DNA of 64,000 nucleotides from a virus. Lineage: Duplodnaviria > Caudoviricetes. The translations under genes were made by a program, and so were the position numbers. The notes below the pieces were generated by a model. That model saw only the letters and a program-made list of their open reading frames with translations. It was not told where the DNA came from and did not search any database. The first letter of the stretch is position 1; each line of letters begins with the position of its first letter. Shown one piece after another: positions 1-8,081 of the stretch. The stretch covers positions 1 to 64,000 of the IMG/VR virus record IMGVR_UViG_2832220722_000003, one strand, 5' to 3'.

Positions 1-894
1 TCAGGCGTCCTGCCCTGCCAGCTTGTCGCGCAGGCGGAAGCCCAGCAGCGGCCAGACCTTGTTGACCGCGTTCTCGCGCGCGATGCGGCGGCCGATCTCG
101 GCGTTGAAGTTTTCCGGACTGGCGCAGGCGCTTTCGCCGGTCACGGTGAAGCCGTTGCGCAGCACCAGCACGCAGAAGGTCAGCAGGCTCATGGATGCGT
201 GGACTGGGTGCCCCAGCGCTTCCAATGCCTGCCCGGCTGTGAAATGGTGCTCGCAGGCGATCTCGGCCTCAATGTCCGCAGGCGTCACGCGCGGGCCAGT
301 GCTGGCCTTGGCCTGGATTTCCCGCTCCAGGAAGTCGGGGCCGGGGTCGATGACGGGGAGCGCCGTGGGCGCGAGTTGGAATTGGCGCTCCAGGGCACGA
401 GGGTCGGGCGTCGCCTCGCAAGGATGCAGCGCATCGAGCATCGTCTTGATGCCCGTCGCCATGCTCGCGGCGCCGCGGGGGTTCAGCGCCAAGTGCGATG
501 CCGCGCCAGACACCAGTGTGTATTCCAGTTCCTCGCGCTGGGTGCGCTGGCGGTATGCCGGCTGCGCCTCGGCAGAGATCTTCTCGGCCGCCTCGGCCTT
601 GGCGGCTTGGCCGTTCTGGTAGGGCATCCACTCGCAGCAGCAGTACACATCGCCATCCTCGGCAGGCTCGTGCTGTCCTGCCAGTAGCGGCACGCTGGGC
701 ACCTGGATCGTCTTGCCGACGTGATCGGTCACGATCAGGTTGACCATGTGGTCGTGGTGCACGTAGACGATGCCTGCATCCATCGGCTGATCGGGATTGA
801 ACTGCGTCAGCGTCGGGTTGCTGGCGAGAAATTCAGCGCTGGGGCGGAACCAGACGCGGCGGCCCACGGTGGGCTTGATGATGGGATTGGTCAT
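1..894 (-). CDS. Multidomain protein with a C-terminal N4 Gp49/Sf6 gp66 family domain (putative Acb4-like nucleotide sponge) and an unknown N-terminal domain
   Basis: C-terminal motif RVTPADIE...TFCVLVLRNGFTVTGESACASPENFNAEIGRRIARENAVNKVWPLLG is typical of Phage_gp49_66; the N-terminal KPTVGRRVWF...CEWMPYQ segment looks like a separate domain. Confidence 0.75.
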   Translation of the reverse strand: MTNPIIKPTVGRRVWFRPSAEFLASNPTLTQFNPDQPMDAGIVYVHHDHMVNLIVTDHVGKTIQVPSVPLLAGQHEPAEDGDVYCCCEWMPYQNGQAAKAEAAEKISAEAQPAYRQRTQREELEYTLVSGAASHLALNPRGAASMATGIKTMLDALHPCEATPDPRALERQFQLAPTALPVIDPGPDFLEREIQAKASTGPRVTPADIEAEIACEHHFTAGQALEALGHPVHASMSLLTFCVLVLRNGFTVTGESACASPENFNAEIGRRIARENAVNKVWPLLGFRLRDKLAGQDA

Positions 895-941
895 TGAGGG
901 CTTTCAGGTAGCCGCCATCCGGGCGGCGCGGGCCGGACGGC

Positions 942-1346
942 TCAGAAGTTGGCGATGCGCTCGCCCAGGATGGCGGACAGCTCGTGCAGCACGTCCAGTT
1001 GACGGCGCAGGCGGTTCTGCTCGTCGGTCGGCAGCGTGGAGAACACCTCGGACGCGCGGATGAACGAGTCCAGGCGCGAGATGTCTTGGTCGCGGGCGAT
1101 CTTCTCGTCCAGCACGCGCTGCTGGTGCGGCTGCAGCGTGCTTGCCTGCGGCTCGGGCATGTCCAGGGCCGTGCGCACGAAGCAGTCCTTGGCCTCCAGC
1201 AGCTTGCGCATGCCGGCGCTTTTCTCGGGGCCATCGGGCAGCAGCGCTTCCAGGGCCTGGGCCACGTCGCCCAGGGGCTTGCTCACGGCCTGCAGCTTGA
1301 CCGGCAGGTGGGCGTAGGCGAAATACTTGATGGTGGTGGTGGGCAT
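942..1346 (-). CDS. Two-domain small protein: Acb2/Tad1-like helical hairpin fused to a crAss001_48-like domain
   Basis: N-terminal KYFAYAHLP...GPEKSAGMRKLLEAKDCFVR; C-terminal PHQQRVLDEK...EQNRLRRQLDVLHELSAILGERIANF; SD GAAGGA upstream. Confidence 0.6.
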   Translation of the reverse strand: MPTTTIKYFAYAHLPVKLQAVSKPLGDVAQALEALLPDGPEKSAGMRKLLEAKDCFVRTALDMPEPQASTLQPHQQRVLDEKIARDQDISRLDSFIRASEVFSTLPTDEQNRLRRQLDVLHELSAILGERIANF

Positions 1347-1354
1347 GTCATCCT

Positions 1355-1858
1355 TCAGGAGGGTGGGCCTGCAGTCGGCAGGTGTGGCGGGATCACTGGC
1401 CAGGCTGCGCGGCAGGTTGCCGCATCAGCTGCGTGCCCATCAGCAAGCTTTGCCACTTCCGTGTATCGGCTGCTGCACTGTCCGAGTAGCTGGTTTGCGG
1501 TTGCGGCGTACTCGCGGACGGCGGCGGCGGGAGCGTCGGCAATTCGCTGCTCGGCATCGGACAGTTGCTTGCGCAAGCTGTCACGCTGGCGGCCAGCGCG
1601 GTCAGCAGCAGCTTGGAGAGTGGTTTGCTTCTGGATGGCATCGTTCAGGACTCCTTGGTAAACGCCAGCGATCAACTCGCCCACCTTCGCCACGCGGGCG
1701 TTGGCTGCGGCGCGCTCGGCGGTGATCTGCGCGTGGTACTGAGCGGACCGCAGGCGCTCATCGGCCAGGTCGGCGCCCAGGCGGGCGTCCTGGAAGAACC
1801 ACACCAGCAGGCCGGCCAGGACGGCGGCTGCGGCGTGGGTGATGGTGCTCAGGCTCAT
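1355..1858 (-). CDS. Rz: Rz-like inner-membrane spanin
   Basis: N-terminal TM helix, Ala/Gln-rich coiled coil, two C-terminal Cys, located in the lysis cassette, with an embedded lipoprotein ORF. Confidence 0.8.
   Translation of the reverse strand: MSLSTITHAAAAVLAGLLVWFFQDARLGADLADERLRSAQYHAQITAERAAANARVAKVGELIAGVYQGVLNDAIQKQTTLQAAADRAGRQRDSLRKQLSDAEQRIADAPAAAVREYAATANQLLGQCSSRYTEVAKLADGHAADAATCRAAWPVIPPHLPTAGPPS
1393..1641 (-). CDS. Rz1: Rz1-like outer-membrane lipoprotein spanin, embedded in Rz in another frame
   Basis: Signal peptide with lipobox LLLTALAASVTA-C followed by a Pro-rich segment. Confidence 0.8.
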   Translation of the reverse strand: MPSRSKPLSKLLLTALAASVTACASNCPMPSSELPTLPPPPSASTPQPQTSYSDSAAADTRKWQSLLMGTQLMRQPAAQPGQ

Positions 1859-2082
1859 GGCTTGCTCCATTTGCGGTGATTGCGCCAATAAACGGCCCAC
1901 AGCGCGGCGTTCAGCGGAATGAAGCCCCAGGCCTGCGCCACCACGATCCAGACCAGCCACAGCAGTTGATTGACCAGCCCCACCAGCCACGCCTTGGGGT
2001 GCAGGTTGCCGGCCAGCAGCGTCATCCAGATGGTGATGGCCGACAGCACCCACGGCAGGTAGACGACGATCAGTTGCCCCAT
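1855..2082 (-). CDS. Small Trp-rich membrane protein (about 3 TM; resembles a half PnuC-like unit)
   Basis: MGQLIVVYLPWVLSAITIWMTLLAG...WLVGLVNQLLWLVWIV...; stop overlaps the Rz start. Confidence 0.6.
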   Translation of the reverse strand: MGQLIVVYLPWVLSAITIWMTLLAGNLHPKAWLVGLVNQLLWLVWIVVAQAWGFIPLNAALWAVYWRNHRKWSKP

Positions 2083-2134
2083 ACCACCCGCCACCAAAAC
2101 CACGGGTCGTAGAGCATGTAGAGGGCGATGGGGC

Positions 2135-2689
2135 TCATGTCGTCCCACCCTCGCGGCACAGCGCGCGCTCGGCCTGGCGCCGGTTCTGCAGCCCCTGCAC
2201 ATACACGCCGTTGGCATAGGACCAGTTGGGCGCGCCGCTTGGCGTGCGCGCGATCAGGTCGCAGCCGGCCAGCACGTTGCCCGCGTTGATCTGGAGCACG
2301 GCCTGCGAGCCGCAGGCGCCGTCCTTGCCCACGTTGACCGCGAACATGACCAGGCCGATCAGGCGCTTCGGGTTCAGGTAGTCCCAGTTCACGCAGCCCA
2401 GCACGGCATAGCCGTACTCCAGCAGCGTTATCTTGTTGACCTCGCGGCATTGGTCATCGGTCAGCTTGGTGCCCGGCTTCGCGCTCCAGTCCGTGCGGCC
2501 GGCGCAGTAGGTCGGGACGTTGTCGGCCAGCTTGTCGGCGTAGACCGTGGTGACGTTGCCCTCCAGGCGCTCCAGCGTGGCATAGGCCAGCGGGGATGTG
2601 AGCGCGGCCAGCAGCGCAGCAGGGATGACACCCTTGCGCGCGATGCTTGCCGGAATGCCCGGTGCGCGAGGGATGGTGACGCCCGTCAT
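2135..2689 (-). CDS. Endolysin, GH24 phage lysozyme, possibly SAR-type
   Basis: EGNVTTVYADKLADNVPTYCAGRT catalytic E/D/T region; FAVNVG; GLQNRRQAERALC; weakly hydrophobic N-terminal helix. Confidence 0.88.
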   Translation of the reverse strand: MTGVTIPRAPGIPASIARKGVIPAALLAALTSPLAYATLERLEGNVTTVYADKLADNVPTYCAGRTDWSAKPGTKLTDDQCREVNKITLLEYGYAVLGCVNWDYLNPKRLIGLVMFAVNVGKDGACGSQAVLQINAGNVLAGCDLIARTPSGAPNWSYANGVYVQGLQNRRQAERALCREGGTT

Positions 2690-3003
2690 TCGTCGCATTC
2701 CAGACGGCCCAGGTCTGTATCCATGAGAGGGAGGCCGCGGCGACGATCCTCCTGCCGCTCCTGATCGCGGCGGGCATCGCGGCGCCACTTCCACACCAGA
2801 TACCCCGCCTGCAAGGCAACGAACAGCATGGAGGCCAGCACCAGCCAGTCGCTCAGCGGCAAGCCCATGACGCGCGCACCGCTCGCAGCTGCAGCGCCAG
2901 GTGCGGACTGGTAGGCAGCCGACACCAGGTCGTGCTTTTGCTCGGCGCTCAGGTGCTGGTTGATACCCAGCAGCGCCAGCAGGGATACGAGACGTTTATT
3001 CAT
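2686..3003 (-). CDS. Putative holin
   Basis: TM segment LSDWLVLASMLFVALQAGYLVWKW with a charged C-terminal tail, immediately upstream of the endolysin. Confidence 0.7.
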   Translation of the reverse strand: MNKRLVSLLALLGINQHLSAEQKHDLVSAAYQSAPGAAAASGARVMGLPLSDWLVLASMLFVALQAGYLVWKWRRDARRDQERQEDRRRGLPLMDTDLGRLECDE

Positions 3004-3035
3004 GAGCCCGGATGATTCCGGGCGGTCGCTTCAGC

Positions 3036-3052
3036 GTCGAACCCTATACGGG
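3036..3052 (-). promoter_or_regulatory. Late-promoter motif copy 1 (CCGTATAGGGTTCGAC on the minus strand)
   Basis: AACCCTAT at 3040-3047, 37 nt from the holin ATG; one of six copies. Confidence 0.7.
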
Positions 3053-3062
3053 GGCCGACCCG

Positions 3063-4298
3063 TCACACTTTCATGAAGCCGTACTTGATGCGCGGCGCGA
3101 TCCAGCCCGAAGGGGTCACGTCGCCCGTCATTGCGTACCCTGAGCCGGGTACGCTGCTTGCGGTGAGCAGTCGCCCCGGGATCAGGCCGAACCGGCCGTA
3201 CAGCGTGCCGTAGCTGCCCGTCGAGTACATCGATAGCGCAGCGCCTGCGCCGATGGTGTCGTTCGCGATTGGGTAGCAGTTCGCCGCGTTGCTCACCCAT
3301 GTGATCAGGTTGCGACCATCAGGCATCAGGCCCCATGCCGTTGCAGCGTTCACCGTCGTCTGCACCATGCTGCCCACTGCTCCCGTGGCCGTCACGGAGC
3401 ACACATAGAACACACTGCCTGAACTCGTCCTCGCCACGATCACGCCCGTGTCACTAACCTCTGCGCGACTGAAAGTTGACGTGCCAGACGTACTAATAGG
3501 CGGCGACCCGAGCGGTACGTACTTCGTGCCGTCGAATTCAAAGACGTAGATGTATGGTGTGATGTTGTGCCAGCTAACCATGTACCGCTTGTTGGGACTG
3601 ATGCACAGACCCGCGCCGCTGGCGCCCACGCCGCCCTCATCCACCAGGGTTCCCGCGGTGCCAGCAAACGCGATCGAATGCAGGTATGGCGCCACGTTCG
3701 AAAGCAGGTAGAAACGCCCATCGGCCCCGCTCACGACGCCGGCCACAGTCTTGCCCGTGAAGATGCTGGCCACGTTGCCAGTAGACCAGGTGGATGAGAG
3801 AGCACGCGCGTAGAACGCCCCCCCTGCAGCGGTAGAGAACCCGAGCACGGCGACAGTACCTGCGCCTGCTGTGCCAAGCGCCGCGCATTTGAATGCCACA
3901 GTTGGATTCGCACCCCAGGAGTCCCGCGTGTAGCTGTAGCCGATGGTGCTCTTCCGCAAAGGTATTGCATAAGGACTGGCGCTCATCTGCAGCAGTGCAA
4001 ACTCATCCGTAATGTCCAGCACGCCCTGCGGGGCAGCCCCAGCGGATTCGATAGTCGCATCTGCGGAAAAATCGACGCCCGAAGCCCTGGCCATGTACTG
4101 CTGCAGGCTTCCCGGCGCATCGGCGTCAGCGACAAAGGCGCCGTTGCACGGCAGCCAGTCAGGCAGCGCGTAGCGGGCGGGATCGACCGAAAAGGCCAGA
4201 TCACCCGTCTGCGCAGCTCCAGCCCCCGGCAGCGAGTCGCCGGGCGGTAGCTGCTGGACTCGTCCTCCGACGCGGACGAGAGGCCTGCGAATTGCCAT
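3063..4298 (-). CDS. Tail fibre or receptor-binding protein
   Basis: Collar-like motif GDLAFSVDPARYALPDWLPCNGA followed by a Gly/Ser/Thr-rich beta-repeat body with atypical codon usage. Confidence 0.65.
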   Translation of the reverse strand: MAIRRPLVRVGGRVQQLPPGDSLPGAGAAQTGDLAFSVDPARYALPDWLPCNGAFVADADAPGSLQQYMARASGVDFSADATIESAGAAPQGVLDITDEFALLQMSASPYAIPLRKSTIGYSYTRDSWGANPTVAFKCAALGTAGAGTVAVLGFSTAAGGAFYARALSSTWSTGNVASIFTGKTVAGVVSGADGRFYLLSNVAPYLHSIAFAGTAGTLVDEGGVGASGAGLCISPNKRYMVSWHNITPYIYVFEFDGTKYVPLGSPPISTSGTSTFSRAEVSDTGVIVARTSSGSVFYVCSVTATGAVGSMVQTTVNAATAWGLMPDGRNLITWVSNAANCYPIANDTIGAGAALSMYSTGSYGTLYGRFGLIPGRLLTASSVPGSGYAMTGDVTPSGWIAPRIKYGFMKV

Positions 4299-4309
4299 GG
4301 GTACGCCGC

Positions 4310-4828
4310 CTACAGCACCACGTACCCGTCATCCACGGTGATCAGCTCGGTGGCCGACTTGGCCTTGCCGAGGTACTGGCTGATCTTGTTGGCATTGCCC
4401 GCGTCGGTCTCATCCAGCGGGGTGTTCGTGACGCCGCCAGCAGTACCGAGCCAGTATTCGGCGCCCGGCGTGAGTCCCGTGAGCTCGGAGTTAGTGCCGT
4501 CGAGCGGGTACACGGTGGCGTCAGCGGCCGAGGCAACAGCATCGAGCACGTAGCCGTCAGCCGGGCGGCCATTGGAGTTATCGGCCAGCCGGACCTTGGC
4601 GGCGCCCGCATCGGACCAGATGTTGACGAGGTTTCCCGCGCTGAGCGCCTCGCTGGCCGGGATGATCTGCGTGTCGGCGCCAATGCCGGCGGGCATCATG
4701 GACATGTCCAGCTTCCCATCGGGGCCGAGTGCGGGGATCTTGCCGGCATCGCCCGCGCCAGCGCTGGCGGCCTTTGCCTCCATCTGTTTCGTCTTGCCGC
4801 TGATGCGGGCGAGGAATCGTTGAGCCAT
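4310..4828 (-). CDS. Virion structural protein (cement or fibre-associated)
   Basis: ASEALSAGNLVNI...GLTPGAEYWLGTAGG motifs; lies in the tail operon. Confidence 0.6.
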   Translation of the reverse strand: MAQRFLARISGKTKQMEAKAASAGAGDAGKIPALGPDGKLDMSMMPAGIGADTQIIPASEALSAGNLVNIWSDAGAAKVRLADNSNGRPADGYVLDAVASAADATVYPLDGTNSELTGLTPGAEYWLGTAGGVTNTPLDETDAGNANKISQYLGKAKSATELITVDDGYVVL

Positions 4829-4831
4829 GGT

Positions 4832-5368
4832 TTAGTCCTCCAGTGAAATAGGGTCTTGAATGTCCAGGTAGAGCCTGGCCGGAGATACGGCGTAGCCGAT
4901 CAGAATGTCGAATCCATCGGCGGGTGGTGCCTGCGTCAGCGCACCGCCCGCGCCCAGGTACACGGGCCCAGGCGTCCAGGTCCAGGCCGTGTCGTCCACC
5001 GGGCCGGAGCGCTGAACGGTCACGTCTCCTGCCGATGGCGTGGCCGTCAGGGTCAGGCCGGAAATCAGGTAGACGTGGTCCATATCGTCGTAATCGACGG
5101 GCCGCACGACGCCCGCGGCGTCTTCCCACACCACACACAGCGCCGAGAGCGGCGCATCCGTCTGGCGCACGAACGCTGCTCCACCAGCCGGACCGGGAAT
5201 ACCTTGCTGACCACGCGGGCCTGGGATGCCGCGCGTGACGACAATCGTCTCTGGCGTGGCCTCATGCTCAACGACAACCGTGCTTGGCACGCTGGTGACA
5301 ACGGAGCCGCCACCGGCATTCACGATTGCCGTGCCGCCCGGCGCCGTGACTACGACCGTCTGGCTCAC
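4832..5368 (-). CDS. Virion structural protein with a short collagen-like GXY run
   Basis: GIPGPRGQQGIPGPAG; WTWTPGPVYLGAGGALTQ. Confidence 0.6.
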   Translation of the reverse strand: MSQTVVVTAPGGTAIVNAGGGSVVTSVPSTVVVEHEATPETIVVTRGIPGPRGQQGIPGPAGGAAFVRQTDAPLSALCVVWEDAAGVVRPVDYDDMDHVYLISGLTLTATPSAGDVTVQRSGPVDDTAWTWTPGPVYLGAGGALTQAPPADGFDILIGYAVSPARLYLDIQDPISLED

Positions 5369-5784
5369 CGCGTGCCCTCCGGGCTGAACTGGACCGTTAT
5401 CTCGTACTGGCGCTCCACGTCGCCGTTTGACCGCACCACTTCGACGTGCCCGACTGCCTCATCGAAGCGCAGGCCCTGGGTGTCTTCGGGCTGGAACACC
5501 AGGGTGAGCGTGTTGCCGGCAAGCTCGATGCCGCCGCCCTCGGTCGTCAACTCCAGCAGCACCTTCGTGCTGAACACGTCAGAGCGCAGTTGCATGCGCG
5601 CCATGCAGCCGGCGTAGTCCTCGTCCACGAAGTCGCCGGGCGGCACGGGCTCGCCGGTGCAGGCGTTCACGTAGCCATCGCACTCGCTGCCCTTGATCTT
5701 GTAGGGCACGTAGCGGCGCACCAGGGGAACGCGCTGGGTCGTGCCCTGGTACAGGACGATGGAGAGGACGGCCGGGGTGGTCAT
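5365..5784 (-). CDS. Virion tail-associated protein (BppU-N-like fold, tentative)
   Basis: YQGTT...YAGCMARMQLRS...LLELTTEGGGI pattern; late-promoter motif upstream. Confidence 0.55.
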   Translation of the reverse strand: MTTPAVLSIVLYQGTTQRVPLVRRYVPYKIKGSECDGYVNACTGEPVPPGDFVDEDYAGCMARMQLRSDVFSTKVLLELTTEGGGIELAGNTLTLVFQPEDTQGLRFDEAVGHVEVVRSNGDVERQYEITVQFSPEGTR

Positions 5785-5815
5785 GCCCGGCAGTGTTCCG
5801 GCTGGGGCGGGTTCC

Positions 5816-5832
5816 GTCGAACCCTATACGGG
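5816..5832 (-). promoter_or_regulatory. Late-promoter motif copy 2
   Basis: GTCGAACCCTATACGG; AACCCTAT at 5820-5827, 36 nt from the ATG at 5784. Confidence 0.7.
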
Positions 5833-5841
5833 GTATGCGGA

Positions 5842-7647
5842 TCAGCCGGTGATGGACTGAGTCACGTTGCCGCTGATGCTCGCGGACGCCGACACCGCAC
5901 TCCACGAGCTCGCAACCTTCTGCATGCCGGTGGCGAGCATCACCTTCGCCGCTTCCATCCGAGCGTCGTTCGCGTGCATCACCGCCTGCGCATTCGCGCT
6001 GGCCACGCGGAAGTTCAGCTCCTTGCCTGCCTCGTACTGCTTGATGCTCGCCTCCCATTGGCGCATCACGGACTGCGCCTGCGCTTCGGCCGCGTGCGCC
6101 CCAAGGCGGTAGCCGTCCACCACGATGCTCGACGTGCGCGCGGCCGCATCCATGCGCGAGACTGCGGCCTGCAGCCGGGCCTTCCAGCCGTCCCACTCCA
6201 GGCCCTTCGCGGAAACCAGCGCCTGGAACTTCGCCACCTCCACCCTCGCCTTCTCGGCCTGCGCGCCCACCTTCGAGCCATAGGCCCGCGCCACCGCGCC
6301 CACGGCCTCCACCTTCGCGGCTTCGGCGCTCACGCGCGTCTTGTACATCTCGGCCTTGGCCGTCTCGGCGCTGACCGTCGCAACGAACGCGCGCACCTGC
6401 TCGCCGCCGGCCTGGATGCGTGCGCGCTCCAGTTCCACCAGGGTCTGCGCGGCGCCCACGCGGGCCTTGTAGATCTCGACGGCGGCCATGCTGCCCTCGA
6501 TCTCGGCCTTGTAGCGGTCCACCAGGCTCTTGTTGATATTGGCCTTGGTCTCCTCTGCCGACAGCAGCGCCTTGAACACCTCGACTTTCGACAGCTCGGA
6601 CTTCACCACCGTGTCGTAGGCCGCGGCGTAGGCCTGGTACCCGGCCAACAGCGCCTTGAAGTGCTCCAGCGCTGCGTTGTGCGCCGCGATGGCGTTGTCC
6701 GCCGCAGTCTTGGCCGCCTCGAAGGCCAGCATCTCCAGCTTGTAGCAGTCCTCCAGCAGCGTGCTCTCCAGTTGCAGCGCGGCCTGGATGCTGTCGCGCA
6801 TGTTCTGCTGCTCCAGCTCGGCCTGCTTGATGGCGATGTCGCGGCTCAGGCCCGAGAGCTTGTCGTGATACTCGCGCCGCGCGTCGGCCAGTTGGCCGGC
6901 CAGCACGCCGCTGGGCAGCGGGAAGCCCAGCGCCTCGGCGCCGCGCAGCACCTCCTGCTCGCGCGCAAGGGCGATCTGCGTCTCGCGGTCGCGCGCGCGG
7001 TCCCAGATCTGCTGTTCCACGGCGGGCACGATGCCCGAACCGCCCTGGATGCGCGCGTTCAGTGTGGCCTTCAGGTTGTCCAGCAACTGCGAAGCGTACC
7101 GCGCGCCTGGGCTGTACTGGAACGGTGTCGGCTGCAGGATCGACAGCTCGGGGATGTCGTCCAGCTTGTCCAGCCACTCCTCGTGCAGATTCACCCCGCC
7201 GAAGCTGTGCGTCTGCAGCGCCAGGAACTGCGGCGCGTCGGGCAGCATGATGTCCGGGGCATCGGGAATCGCCACGTCGCGCACCTCGGGCAGCGCAGGC
7301 GCCTGGCCGATGGTCAGCACCGGCGCCTGGCCGAAGTCCAGCGTCGGCATCTGGATGTTCAGGTCATCGATCGCCACGTCGCGCATGGTCGCCGTCAGCC
7401 CCCCGGGCTGCCCGCCCGGCTCGGTGAAGTCGATGCCGGGCAGCGCCGGCATGTTGGGGATGGCGGGCAGGCTGGGCGCGGCCATGGTCTGCCACTGCAC
7501 GCTGATCTGCGGGGGCTGGTAGATGCTGTCGTTCAGCGCCCGCTGGAAGTCGGCCACCTCGCGCGACGCGGTCTCCGCAAGCCCCACCGATCGCGCGTAT
7601 TTGTCCTCTACGATCTCTGCAGGTCCGTTCAAATCGGCCATGGTCAT
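5842..7647 (-). CDS. Large Ala-rich coiled-coil virion protein
   Basis: Pro-rich N-terminal half and a long helical C-terminal half; start reassigned to MTMADLNG after GGAGG. Confidence 0.7.
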   Translation of the reverse strand: MTMADLNGPAEIVEDKYARSVGLAETASREVADFQRALNDSIYQPPQISVQWQTMAAPSLPAIPNMPALPGIDFTEPGGQPGGLTATMRDVAIDDLNIQMPTLDFGQAPVLTIGQAPALPEVRDVAIPDAPDIMLPDAPQFLALQTHSFGGVNLHEEWLDKLDDIPELSILQPTPFQYSPGARYASQLLDNLKATLNARIQGGSGIVPAVEQQIWDRARDRETQIALAREQEVLRGAEALGFPLPSGVLAGQLADARREYHDKLSGLSRDIAIKQAELEQQNMRDSIQAALQLESTLLEDCYKLEMLAFEAAKTAADNAIAAHNAALEHFKALLAGYQAYAAAYDTVVKSELSKVEVFKALLSAEETKANINKSLVDRYKAEIEGSMAAVEIYKARVGAAQTLVELERARIQAGGEQVRAFVATVSAETAKAEMYKTRVSAEAAKVEAVGAVARAYGSKVGAQAEKARVEVAKFQALVSAKGLEWDGWKARLQAAVSRMDAAARTSSIVVDGYRLGAHAAEAQAQSVMRQWEASIKQYEAGKELNFRVASANAQAVMHANDARMEAAKVMLATGMQKVASSWSAVSASASISGNVTQSITG

Positions 7648-8081
7648 ACCCTCCGTGTTTTCGATGCTGCCGTCAGGATCTCCACGCGATCCAGCGTGAA
7701 GGCCTGGCCGGCCGGGTTGCTCAGGCCGAAGCCCAGGTAGTTCTCGCGTATGCCGCGGCCCACGGGGCAGCGGGTCTGGCCGGCGGGCCGCAGCGGGAAG
7801 GTATAGGTCCAGTTGTCCTGCGCGCCGTGCACCGTGAACTGCACATTGCCCTGCCCCTGCATCGACAGGTAGACCATGGCAATCGAGTGCTTGAGCGTCG
7901 ATTCGCGCAGCGTGGACGGCAGGCGCAGCGACGACACGACGGGCTGGCCGGCGTCGGTATCTCCGCCGAATGCGAACAGCCCCGCAGCACTGCCGCCGTG
8001 CGTGGGCGTGATGCTCTGCCAAGCAGGCCAATCGTATTCCGACACGGCGCCGGTAAGGGTGTTCGCAACGATTGTGCGCAT
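7644..8081 (-). CDS. Hypothetical virion protein
   Basis: MRTIVANTLTGAVSEY...; translationally coupled at both ends. Confidence 0.65.
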   Translation of the reverse strand: MRTIVANTLTGAVSEYDWPAWQSITPTHGGSAAGLFAFGGDTDAGQPVVSSLRLPSTLRESTLKHSIAMVYLSMQGQGNVQFTVHGAQDNWTYTFPLRPAGQTRCPVGRGIRENYLGFGLSNPAGQAFTLDRVEILTAASKTRRV

